From Leucoraja ocellata (taxonomy: Eukaryota): a stretch of 64,000 bases of DNA. A program made the position numbers and the translations under genes. The stretch spans positions 6,758,001-6,822,000 of the forward strand of contig JAWMAR010000006.1 in assembly GCA_036785375.1 (NCBI GenBank), in the 5' to 3' direction. Under the pieces are notes generated by a model. That model ran no database searches. It was not told the origin of the DNA and saw only the letters and a list, made by a program, of their open reading frames with translations. Shown one piece after another: positions 1 through 10,344 of this stretch (positions are counted from its first letter, which is position 1; each line of letters begins with the position of its first letter).

Positions 1-149
1 AAGTGACCAGAGATTCAAAGATTTGCACAGAACAGCAACAGGCCCTTTCACCCATCTCATCCATGCCCACATTCGTGTCCATCTACACAATCCCATGTAC
101 CCAAGCTAGGTCTGTATTTTATGCCTTGCCGTTTAAGTGCCTGCTTCAA

Positions 150-915
150 CCTTATCTTTAGCACTCACGGAGTAGGTTGCATAATGGTTGAGGACAGGGA
201 TGTGTTTGGAGCCTCTTTCACCGGTTACCTGTTTAAATTGTCTTCCATCATTTCTGACCCAGCATGGCTGACTTTTGGGCTTTGATCTGGTCCATTAGTT
301 GTTAGGTTATGCCATTCCACACTGAGTTTATTGCTAAATGTGCCAGCAATCCTCTGCTGCAGCTTCACTAAGCTGACACCACTTGTTCAAGTATGTGTGG
401 TACTTGTCCCAACATGAGCATCCACGTTCCTCACTGAACGCGTGTTATTCCTCTGGCTTTATAGTAATGGTGAGGTGAGGGATATGCTGGGCAATGAGGT
501 TATTTTTCTGGCGGACATTTCTGCTGCCGATGGCCCAGCACATCTCAAGTACACCCAGTTTCAAGCTGTCTACTTTGTTCTGAATCTATCCAAGTTAGCA
601 TGTTTGCCAAAGCCACAGATCACGATGGAAGGTGTCCTTAGTGTGAAGATAACACTTTGCCTTCACAAGGACTGTGCACATGTTCAACCAATGTTGTCAT
701 GGATGGGTGCATCTGCCACAGGTAGAGTGGTGCAGATGTGGTCACGTACGTTCATCACTACCTGCTGATTACTCAGTTTTGTCGGCTATCTTCTTCAGTA
801 CAGTGTCACCTTATATTGATTGGGCAGCCAAGCTACTTTCAGTGTTTGGGAGGAAGCCTTTGTTACAAGTCATCCTCACTGTTTATGAAGCAAGTGAACT
901 GGGAAATGCAAACCA
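150..915 (-). mobile_element. Decayed CR1-superfamily LINE fragment
   Basis: Resembles the reverse strand of an elasmobranch LINE ORF2 N-terminal region; no intact ORF; recognised by eye only. Confidence 0.4.
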
Positions 916-934
916 ATTAGCCTGACATAAGCAG

Positions 935-1925
935 TTAATGGAATGCATAATCAAGCACGTGTGATGACTGTAAGTTACCAAGAAAATAATTACATTATTG
1001 AACATGGTCAGCATGGATTTGTGAAAAAAGTAATATTTGACTGCTCAATTGGAGGTCATGAGTGTGTATCCAGTGGAGTGGATGAGGGTGATCCCGTGGG
1101 AATGCTGAATCAGTAAATCAGGTGAGTTTTTACCACATTTCATTAGAATTCTGAGTCAACCGATTTGGTTTCTTATTTCGAATTGCAACTTATTAACTGA
1201 ATTTAGATTCCACAGCTGCTGGGTTTCAGGGGTTATGGTTGTGGGTGGGGTGTGCGAATTTGTGGGGAGGATGCAAACAAATTCCAATGTGATTTGGGCA
1301 AGTGGGATAAGTGGGCAAATGTGTGGGAGATGTAGTTCACTGTCGATAAATGTGAGATTATTCACTTTGGTTTCATAAACAGAAAAAGGAATTATTATCT
1401 GAATATAGATAAGGGGAAAAGGGATGGTGCAGCAAGACCTGGATATTATTGTACATCAGTAACGGATAATCTCCTGCAACTAGACAAGGCTTTGGTGAGA
1501 GTCCATTTGGAATTTTGTGCACAGTTTTGGTCTCCTCATCTGAGGAAGGATGTTGGTGCCGTTAAGGGAGTGCGACAATGGTTTATTGAACTGATTCCTG
1601 TGTTGGCAGGACTGATGTATGGGCAGCGAATGAGTCGATTAGGCCTATATTCACCAGAGTAGAAGATAGTAAGAGTGGGTCTCATAGATAATAATAATGT
1701 TCGGAAGGATTGAACAGACCTGTTCCCAGGAAGATATCACAAATTACTGAAGAGTCCAAAACCAGGGCTCATGCCCTCAGGATTCAGAGGATGCCTTTTA
1801 GTACAAGAACAGGAGGAATTTTTCCACTCCGAGTGTGTTGAATCCTTGGGGATTTTCTACACAGAAGGCAGTGGAGGCCAATATATATTAAATACGTTCA
1901 AGAATGAGGTGGATATCTGTAGAGC
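935..1925 (+). mobile_element. Decayed CR1/HER1-like LINE, RT and 3' region fragments
   Basis: Motifs shared with better CR1 copies in the window (cagcatggatttgtgaa, gataaatgtgagattattcactttgg, cagttttggtctcctcatctgaggaaggatgt, aaggcagtggaggcc). Confidence 0.7.
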
Positions 1926-2404
1926 AACTGACACATACTCAAAGTGAAGATCCAACAAGTTTATTGGCATATAAGAAAGTTACACAGCATGTTGGCATCA
2001 CTGTGTCTGCATCATGACTGGCAGCTTGTGTCAGGAGCGTTAGTATGAATGGTGCCAGTATGATAACAAGCCGGACTGGATTATAGATAATAGTGGTGTG
2101 TAGCATTTGTGTGTTAGTATTGGTTAACATATAAGTAAAGCAGATCTACATCTTTCCTCTTAAGAAAATAACGTAACTATGAATATATATGTAAGTACAT
2201 CTAATTGCGTGTGTAAAATAAAATAGGCAGTTATTTCAGCGCTGGAGTAGGTTAAACATAGTCCCCATATCTAAGGGTAGATTTACAAATACAACCCACA
2301 CACGTACGGTATAAATTCATGTACTGTATGGGATACACACAAAATACCATCACTATTAAATTACCTATTGACTTACTTACCCACAATGAACTTATTTAAT
2401 TCCT

Positions 2405-2540
2405 GTGTTCAAGAAGGAACTTCAGATGCTGGAAAATCGAAGTAAACAAAAATGCTGGAGAAACTCAGCGGGTGCAGCAGCATCTATGGAGCAAAGGAAA
2501 TAGGCAACGTTTCGAGCCAAAACCCTTCTTCAGACTGATA
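2405..2540 (-). mobile_element. Short Penelope-terminus-derived repeat with hammerhead-like core
   Basis: ctggagaaactcagcgggtgcagcagcatctatggag...cgtttcg...cccttcttcagact; same module recurs at ~9460, ~16600, ~26120, ~27080, ~60770 and ~62990, the last beside a GIY-YIG ORF. Confidence 0.65.
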
Positions 2541-2894
2541 GCCCTTTAATTCCTGGGTCTTTGTTGAAGACAAATACTAGTGTAAACTCAGTGGGACTCT
2601 GCTTCCAGTACTACATTTACTCAACGCTTTGCCTCAGACACAGAAACTCTGGTCAACTTCTGATTTCCACACTTTTGAATGTGGCTGTCACTGGCAGAGC
2701 TGACAATTGCTGTCCATCCAGAGATGCCTGGAGAATGTGATGTGTGAGGGTGTTCCATTGTTTGTCACGGGCAATGGCAGTGTTGCTGGGTCACTGCAGA
2801 GGGCACAGATGGGATTGGAGATAGAGAAAGTCCAGGTACATATGGTAGATTTTCTCCCACAAATGGAGGAAGTGGTGTCACTGTGACTACTATC

Positions 2895-4330
2895 TATCTT
2901 AAATAATGCTATAAACCTCTATCAGGTCACCCCTGAGTTTATTTCATTTATGGGAAAAAGTCTCATCTTATCCACATCTTCCTCTTAACTCAAGCCCTCC
3001 AATCCAAGTTACATCTTTGTGGATCTTCTTTGGATCCTCTCTGGTTTAATCCCATCCTTCCCACAGCACAGCGATGGGAACTGCATACAAGTTCACAAGT
3101 TATAGTAGAATTAGGCCATTTGGCCCATCGAGTCTACTCCACTATTCAATCATGGCTGATCTCTGCCACCTAATTCCATTTTCCTGCCTTGTCCCCATAA
3201 CCCTTGATACCTGTTCTAATCAAGAACTTGTCTATCTCTGCTTTAAAAATATCCTCTAACTTGGCTTCCACAGCCCTCTATGGCAGTAAGTTCCATAGAT
3301 TAACTACCCTCTGACTAAAGAAGTTCCTCCTCAACTCCTTTTTAAAAGAGCGCCTTTTAATTCTGAAGCTACGACCTCTGGTCCTAGACTCTCCCACCAG
3401 TGGAAACATCCTTTCCACAGCCACTCTTTCTATGCCTTTCATTATTCTGTAAGTTTCAATGAGGTCCGCCCTCAAACCTCTAAACTTCATAATATCCTAA
3501 CCCACTCAATCCTGGAATCATTCTTGTAAACCTCCTCTGGACTCTTTCCATTGTCAGCACATCCTTGCTCAGATATGGGGTCCAAATCTGCTCACAGTAC
3601 TCCAAATGCAACATGACCAGTGCTTCATAGAGCCTCAGCAATACTCCACATGCAGTCTAACTAATATTTTGTACAACCATGACATAACCTTCCAAATCTT
3701 TTAAGCAACAGCAAGCCACATGTCTTCATCACCATCTTGTAAACCCATGTTGGTACCTTCGGGGAACTATATACATCTACCCCAATGTTTTATTTCCAGC
3801 AATACTACCCAGGGTCCTGCCATTCATTATTATGTCCTTGCTTGCTTGATGCTTCAAACTGCATCACTTTGCACTTGTATGAGTAAAATCCATTTACCAT
3901 TACATTGCCACGTTCCCAGTTGATCAATATCCTGTTGTAAGGTTAGGCAGCATTCCAGCATTCCTCACTGCCTACTCTCCCACCAATGTTGATGCCTTCC
4001 AGAAACGTAGTAATAATGACACCTATTTTCCTCCCCATCATGATTTAATGTGGCAGCATATTTAATCTATTGTATCTGAAGCCTGCTCTGTAGCACAGTG
4101 TTGTGACTGGAGGTGTAAGGGGCATATCTGGGCTGAGAGATGAGGTGCGGCAACAACTGAATCAGGGAAATGGAGGGAGTATCCCCATCATCATGAATTA
4201 ATGTGGCAAGCTGCAGTGGAGCGGTACCAGCCCTGTGCCACACCACTAGTCACAGAACTCCCATTTGGGAAACAATCCTTCAAAACAATCCTCTGCCTCC
4301 TACCACCAACCCAATGTCGTGTCCTCAAAT
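2895..4330 (-). mobile_element. Nested CR1/HER1-like LINE 3' fragments
   Basis: ORF 3278-3490 (LRADLIETYRIMKG...MFPLVGESRTRG...FFSQRVVNLWNLLP) is the typical CR1 ORF2 C-terminus; short-repeat tail near 3088. Confidence 0.8.
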
Positions 4331-4837
4331 TGAATTGAATACACTACATCATCAGTAAGGGTGAGTTTTAACTCGATGTCTAAATTATTGAGTAACAAAA
4401 TGGACTCCTGAAGGAATTCAGCGACTGTGGAGCGAATAGACAGACAACGTTTCTGGTCAAGAGGGTTTTCCCTCTATAGACGTTGCCGGACCCGCTGAGA
4501 TCTAGCGAAAGTTTCATTTTTGCTCAAGAATCCAGCATCTACAGTCTCTTGTGTCTGGATTATTGATGTGGGACAGGAAGACTGCACTGTCCCACCCTGT
4601 TGTGACTGCAGGTGTGAGAGGCATCGCTGGACTGAGGAATGGAGTGTTGCAACCACTGACTCAGGGGGATGGAGGGAGAACCTGGGGAATATCAGACAAC
4701 AGACGATCTGCTCATTCACGGGTTGTGTTTAACAGACCAGCCAGTGGCTGACAGTGTCACCGCCTCAACCCGACCGTGTCTGATGGCGAATGGGAGGGTT
4801 TCAGATCCGCGCTCCGGTCGCTCACTGTGACCCGCCC

Positions 4838-4876
4838 TGATTTGCACGCATTTGCTTCCTGTGTGAATGGTATAAG
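4838..4876 (+). promoter_or_regulatory. Ig light-chain V promoter: octamer variant TG-ATTTGCAC (4840-4847) and TATA-like TATAAG (4871-4876)
   Basis: One mismatch from the IgL octamer ATTTGCAT, ~110 nt upstream of the leader ATG; same variant kept at 14784-14791 in the duplicated promoter. Confidence 0.7.
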
Positions 4877-4957
4877 TGGGTTCCATCGGCAGCGGCGTCC
4901 ACAGTCTTGTCACAGATACAGCGGCTGTAGTGAGGCAGGAAACCGAGGGCAGTAACG

Positions 4958-5003
4958 ATGCAAACGCTGTGCTTTATCTGGTCTCTGGCACTGTGGCTGA
5001 GCT
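4958..5003 (+). CDS. Ig light-chain leader exon (MQTLCFIWSLALWLS)
   Basis: ATG at 4958, hydrophobic 15-aa signal peptide, phase-1 donor GTAAGT at 5004, 96-nt intron to the V exon. Confidence 0.9.
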
Positions 5004-5099
5004 GTAAGTACAGGGCTGCAAGTCAGCGGGTGTGATGTGGGCTCTAGGGGGTCACATTAAAGAGTCAATAGTTAAAATTGAATTATTTCTACTTTACAG

Positions 5100-5423
5100 C
5101 TGGGGAGAGTCAGACCGTAATCCAACCTGCGACCGTGTCGGTGAATCCAGGGGACACGGCCACGCTGGACTGCAATGTCGGAATAAAGGATACCGGATAC
5201 TCTTATTGGTACAAACAGATACCGGGATCAACTCCTCAATGGATCCTCCGGTATTATCACGGACACGACGCCCCGACCTATGGGTCTGGGTTTAGCAGCG
5301 ACCGTTTCACTTCGAAAGCCAACGGCGCCGCCACCGTTTACCAGTTGATCATAAGCAAGGTGGAGGTGAATGACGCTGCCGTCTATTACTGTATGAAGTG
5401 GTTTACAGCGAGCAGTACTTACA
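5100..5423 (+). CDS. Ig light-chain V segment, sigma-like, unrearranged, open frame
   Basis: Acceptor tttacag at 5099; TATLDC...WYKQIPG..PQWIL...D.AVYYC..W framework; long CDR2 YYHGHDAPTYGSGFSSDRFTS matches the pattern of sigma (teleost L2-type) V domains. Confidence 0.93.
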
Positions 5424-5451
5424 CACAGTGAGAGAAGGTAAAACAAAAACT
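5424..5451 (+). other. V recombination signal sequence, 12-bp spacer
   Basis: CACAGTG (5424-5430), 12-nt spacer agagaaggtaaa, ACAAAAACT (5443-5451). Confidence 0.95.
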
Positions 5452-5763
5452 GGAGGCAACAAATATGATGCACTTTACATCTTTAAATCAATGAAAACAT
5501 TTAAATCTTTCATTCTTCACAAAGTCGCTTTAATTTTATCCTTTATACGGTATTTTCCAATTTCAATATTTCTTTTTTTTGAAGTTTCAGAGCCCCACCG
5601 TCCACTGCCGGGATTCAATGCCGTTTAATGTCAAGTCTGCGATGCGGCTGTGAGTTCATCCCTTCCCCACCCACACCGGCAGGGACACTAGGGATGTGTG
5701 AAGTCGACTTTCATGCGGAAACTGGAGCGTCTGCCCGTGTTTTCTGTCTGATTCCAGGGCCCG

Positions 5764-5802
5764 GGATAACTGTCAGGGCTGAAGCCGGAACCACACACTG
5801 TG
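5764..5802 (-). other. J recombination signal: perfect heptamer, degenerate nonamer at 22/23 spacing
   Basis: CACTGTG at 5796-5802; expected nonamer position reads GATAACTGT (5765-5773, 22 spacer) or GGATAACTG (5764-5772, 23 spacer) versus GGTTTTTGT. Confidence 0.65.
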
Positions 5803-5840
5803 GGGGGTGTTCGGCCCAGGGACCAAGCTCTTTGTTACAG
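5803..5840 (+). CDS. Ig light-chain J segment (GVFGPGTKLFVT)
   Basis: FGxGTKL motif directly after the heptamer; phase-1 donor GTAAGT at 5841. Confidence 0.93.
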
Positions 5841-6366
5841 GTAAGTGTCTGGGAAATCATCCCGCAATTACTAACCGCGAGAATACGGTCAGTTGGCAAC
5901 TAATTCTTTAACCTTTATTATTACCTGGCTAATTTTATCGAGAATTTTTATTTTTCAATCCATTTGAGTTCAGTGTCCAGCACCAGTTCCAATAAATATA
6001 GTTGTGTTCAGTGAATTGTTACTTTATTTTAATGACCACATTCTCTATTTCGTGAAGCGTGTTTGATATTTCATAAAGGTACACTCTCGGTTAATCACTT
6101 CTTTGTGTGGTGTTGTTGCTCTGTCTCTGCATGTGCATGTGAATATTGTGTTTCGGAGACTAACTTCATCTCTGAGTTTGCGCGGTGTTACTCCCGTTAG
6201 TTTATCCGCTTTGTGCCGGTTTGATCCAAGTGAACGTCAGGGGTCCCAGCTTCCTAAAGTGGAGCCCGGTGTCACAGTGGGGAGAGGACATCGGCGACTG
6301 GAGACAGCCCGGGGTTGTTGAGGCAGTGGAACTATACGTTTCACTATTGTATGAGGATCCCACAGC

Positions 6367-6564
6367 GGAATCTCCCCCGGAATTTCACGGAAACTCCAAT
6401 CCTCCCGGTGACGACGAACTCTCCTGCCCAATAAAAGCCCCTCACCCAGTTCCCCAGTCCTTGCCTCCTCTCTCCTGCCATCTCTCCCCTTGACCGCCGC
6501 TCAGCGATTGCCGTCTCTGCAGCGACTGAGGTCGCAGCTCCGGGTCTGGGGAGAATCGCACCTG
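6367..6564. promoter_or_regulatory. Candidate J-C intronic enhancer: three tandem kB-like motifs and a kE2-like E-box
   Basis: GGAATCTCCC 6367-6376 (reverse GGGAGATTCC), GGAATTTCAC 6379-6388, GGAAACTCCA 6389-6398, CACCTG 6559-6564; mostly retained in the inverted copy. Confidence 0.5.
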
Positions 6565-7096
6565 CCCCCCCCCCCCCCCCCCCCCCACAGTGAATGGGAC
6601 CCGAATCCCTCGGCACCGTCACAGCTCCGTGAAGCTCAGCTGTCCTCGCCCTCTGGGGCGGTGCAGAGTTTGAGATGTGTTTATTCTCCCGGCAGCTGTG
6701 GGGGGCACAGCGGGGACATCAGTGCTGGATGGGGTGGGGCGAAGGGAAGAGGAGGAACGTGTAGCTAGTGGCACAGTGAGTGGGCACATTGATGTGACCC
6801 GGGGTCGCCCCACCAGTTGGAGTCGATTCCCCACCGGCACTCGTTGGTCCCAGGGCGAGGGGTCACCGAGTGGCTGTTGCTGTGAACCAGCGAGTTATGA
6901 GCAGGACCCTAAAACAGGAACTTGGCCTCACATTTCTCGTTCCCCATTGTGGACATCCATGGGGCGACCTCCATGGGCACCGCTCCGTCCCTCAGTGAGA
7001 CTCGGGTCCCCACTAGAGGAAGCTGCAACTGTCAAACGCTGAGATGACCGAGCTCTTCCGTCACCTGAAACATGTCTTCTCTTGTTCCAATTGCAG

Positions 7097-7419
7097 CTTC
7101 GCAGCTCCCAGACCCTTCAGTGAAACTGCTGGGGCCGTCAGACGAGGAGATGTCCGCTAAAGGAGCGGGCACCTTAGTTTGCCTGGTCAGTAAACTGTCC
7201 GCGGGCTTCCCCGCCGTCAGCTGGACAGTGGACGGGAGTCCGCCGAGCAGTGAGGTGCAAACCAGCGCGATGAGGCGGGACACGGACAACACCTTCAGTC
7301 TCAGCAGCTACCTGGCGGTGCTCGGCGCAGACTGGAGCAGTGGGAAGTTGTACTCCTGCACAGTTCAGCAAGGAGCAGCCTCGAAAATATCCGCCACAAT
7401 CACACAATCCAGCTGTTAA
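7097..7419 (+). CDS. Ig light-chain constant exon (C1-set domain)
   Basis: Acceptor ttgcag at 7096; PSVKLLGPSDEEM..GTLVCLVS...VSWTVDG...TFSLSSYL....WSSGKLYSCTV; terminal Cys then TAA; in frame with J. Confidence 0.95.
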
Positions 7420-7682
7420 AGTGAAGCGCGGCTCCGGGCGTGTTTGCTCCCGGATTACCGGGAGGTCACTGCCTCTCATCTTCCTCCCACTGTGTGCGCC
7501 CGCTGTTCTCTGTATTCCCTGCTTCCGATCCGCGTTCTCCGGTTTCCACCGTGTTATTGAAACATTTGTACTCGAGTTGATTGTTGTTCTGTTTCTTTCA
7601 CCGTTAGGCGACACGGGTTAAAGTGGTCAGTAACTTGGCCTGATCAACATTGTTTTCTCAGGCATCAGGCATGGATCTGATT

Positions 7683-7752
7683 AATAAAAGTGTTTGTAAA
7701 TCTTCATCAGTATCAGACTGACCATCTGTAACGACGTCAAACTACCAATAAA
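7683..7752 (+). terminator. Polyadenylation signals of the light-chain gene
   Basis: AATAAA at 7683-7688 and 7747-7752, the second followed by GT-rich sequence. Confidence 0.65.
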
Positions 7753-9454
7753 GATGATCAATGCAGAAATTATTTACGTGTGTCTCGTTATCTTGGGACC
7801 TCTTCCCATTCTGACTCTAGGTGGGAGGAGGGTGGAGACTCGTCTCTCTGCTGCAGCTTCGGACATGGGGTATCAGGGAGGAGCGGCGGGAAGTTCCATT
7901 GCTGGGGTGCTGGGAAGAATAGGGACTGGGTAATTGGAAGGCAGTGATGATAAGATTAAAACAAGACATTTAATATTTGGGAAAGATAATAAATAAAGTA
8001 CATTTAACAATTGCTGGGAATATTCAGGTGGTCAGGTCGCACCTGCGGAGAACTTTAAAACTGAAGTTACATTGCGGGCAATGACCTTTCACCAGAATTG
8101 ACCAATTCAGACACAAACTGCAATGGTTGGTTATTTGAAGTGGTTACAATGTAGGCTAAGTACTGAATTAAGTCAGAAGGTGAGATGATGTTCCCTGAGC
8201 TTCACGTTACACATCCCCTTTCTCTCTCTGTCATGGCCAGGATAATCGTTTGCAGTTTAGAGGCTGCAATGTAAAGTGGAGGGGGACTGAATAATTAAAA
8301 ACATGGAAAGAGTTTACGTAGCATGTAGAACACAGACGGTGCAGCACAGAAGTCAAATTGAATCCGTTGTTGGGGGTCACCTGATGCCGAGGCTGCAGCC
8401 TCTGGTACGTGACAGGGTGAGCGGGCCTTCATCATTTCCTTTGCAATGCACCCGCCCCCAAACGCACTGCTTCTCGGTTTCAGTTCCAGCTTCAGCTTTC
8501 TTGAGCTGACGACTTGTTCTCGTTTAAATTTTCTCTACTCCCACGAAGTAGACAGAGCACCACCACCGCAGTTGGGAGTGTATTTCTATCTGGGGGCGGT
8601 CGGCATATATCAATTCCGTTCCGCATTTTAAATAATGGGTGAATCCCTACTGCCTTCTGCCTTATTGAACGCGACGGCGGAATTGACGGGAGAAGGATGG
8701 AATAATTGAGAGGGGAAGGGAGGATGGGAAGGAGGAAGAGTTGGGAGACAAGCTGAGGAGTAAGCCACAGCCCGGCGGATGGCAAGGAGGGAGTTGGAAA
8801 TCCGTAGGGATCGGGGACCGAGGGAGGAGGGATAGACTGAGATTCAGACGGATGATCTTCTCCTCCCCTCTTTCTCACAACCCTCCTACCTCAATCGTCA
8901 ACACTCGCGAGGCCGAATATTGGTTCCTGGGCCCATGAAACCGCATTGTAGCCGGGTCCAAAGTTGAAAGTTTGTACCGAAGCAAGACACCCCATGGGAA
9001 GGGCAGCCGCACTTCCTGCCCTCGGGTTTAGATTTCATCCATTGTGAAATTTGGGCCAATGCTTTTATCAACACACTGGAGATAAAATAGAGCTGGTGTA
9101 CGATTTGATAATTGTTATTGCTCTGAACATTGGGCTTACTGAACTGTGCTTGGAGATTTACCGAGTCTGTTGGGAAGGGAATGTCTGCATAAATTATCCA
9201 TCATATATCATGGTTACACACATGACAATACCCTCCTTGTATATATGTTTTTACACGTGCACGCATTTCGCGAGTTTGTGTCCCCTCAGGTCAAGCGGAA
9301 AATTCTTGTGAATTTTAGATAGCCCTTATCTTCAACGTAGCGATGCTAATTCTCAGGAGACAGGACTCCAGCAAACAAGTCTACCTGGCCAACATCTTTA
9401 TTTTTCGCAACAATGCCGCTGCCTGCTGGTTCAGTCTTCTCCAAGATCTATTTA

Positions 9455-9760
9455 AGAAAGAAATACAGATGTTGGAAAAATCGAAGGTAGACAAAAAAAA
9501 GTGCTGGAGAATGCGGGTGAGGCATCATCTATGGAGAGAAGGAATAGGCGACGTTTCGGGTCGAGACCCTTCTTCAGCCTGATGTGGGGGAGGGGGTGGG
9601 GGGGTGGGGGGGGGGAGAAAGGAAGAGGCAGAAACAGTAGGACAAGAAGGAGAGCTGGGGCGGGGGAGGGAGAAGACAAGGGCTATCTAAAATTATAGAA
9701 GTCAATGCTGATACGCTGAGATGTACACTGCCCAAGTGAAAGACCCAAGCTGGTCTCCTC
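9455..9760 (-). mobile_element. Penelope-terminus-derived repeat with the best-preserved minimal hammerhead core (9550-9577)
   Basis: Minus strand reads CTGAAGA-A-GGGTC-TC-GACCC-GAAA-CG-TC; flanks match the Penelope 3' region at 62990-63250. Confidence 0.7.
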
Positions 9761-9834
9761 ACTACATTTACTGCAGGCTCCAGTTGCACATCTGACTTTT
9801 CGAGTGATCTGTGCAAGGCATTCATTGATGCTAG

Positions 9835-10340
9835 AATTTCTCAGAGGTTTTTTTAGAGAAATACTCAGAGGAACATAGACTGATTCCTGTGATGTCAGGA
9901 CTTTCATATGAAGAAAGACTGGATAGACTCGGCTTGTACTCGCCAGAAAGTAGAAGATTGAGGTGGGATCTTATAGAAACGTACACAATTCTTAAAGGGT
10001 TGGACTGGCTAGATACAGGAAGATTGTTCCCGATGTTGGGGAAGTCCAGAACAAGGGGTCACAGTTTAAGCATAAGGGAGAAGTCGTTTAGGACCGAGAT
10101 GAGAAAGACATTTTTCACACAGAGTGGTGAATCTCTGGAATTCTCTGCCACAGAAGGGAGTTGAGGCCAGTTCATTGGCTATATTTAAGAGGGAGTTAGA
10201 TGTGGCCCTTGTGGCTAAGGGGATCAGGGGGTATGGAGAGAAGGCTGGTACGGGATACTGAGTTGGATGATCAGCCATGATCATATTGAATGGCTGTGCA
10301 GGCTCGAACGGCCGAATGGTCTACTCCTGCACCTATTTTC
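9835..10340 (+). mobile_element. Young CR1/HER1-like LINE 3' end
   Basis: ORF 9889-10164 GLSYEERLDRLGLYS...DLIETY..LKG...LFPMLGKSRTRGHS; (TATGTTTC)n tail; near-identical inverted copy at 28267-28688. Confidence 0.9.
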
Positions 10341-10344
10341 TATG

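Noticed and set aside
6273-6592. CACAGTG heptamers in the J-C intron (near 6273 and 6586) as a possible deleting-element RSS
   Set aside because: No nonamer at 12 or 23 spacing, the first is altered in the inverted copy, and the C deletion breakpoint (~6611) does not abut either
6103-7614. Many overlapping 60-146 aa ORFs in the J-C intron and antisense to C
   Set aside because: Expected in GC-rich DNA; no domains; frames not conserved in the inverted copy
9290-9430. Exon-like block (cccctcag acceptor; GQAENSCEF*IALIFNVAMLILRRQDSSKQVYLANIFIF) faintly like a CC-chemokine exon 2; CCL25 neighbours ELAVL1 in human
   Set aside because: No CC pair, in-frame stop, no third Cys and no supporting exons; similarity too weak
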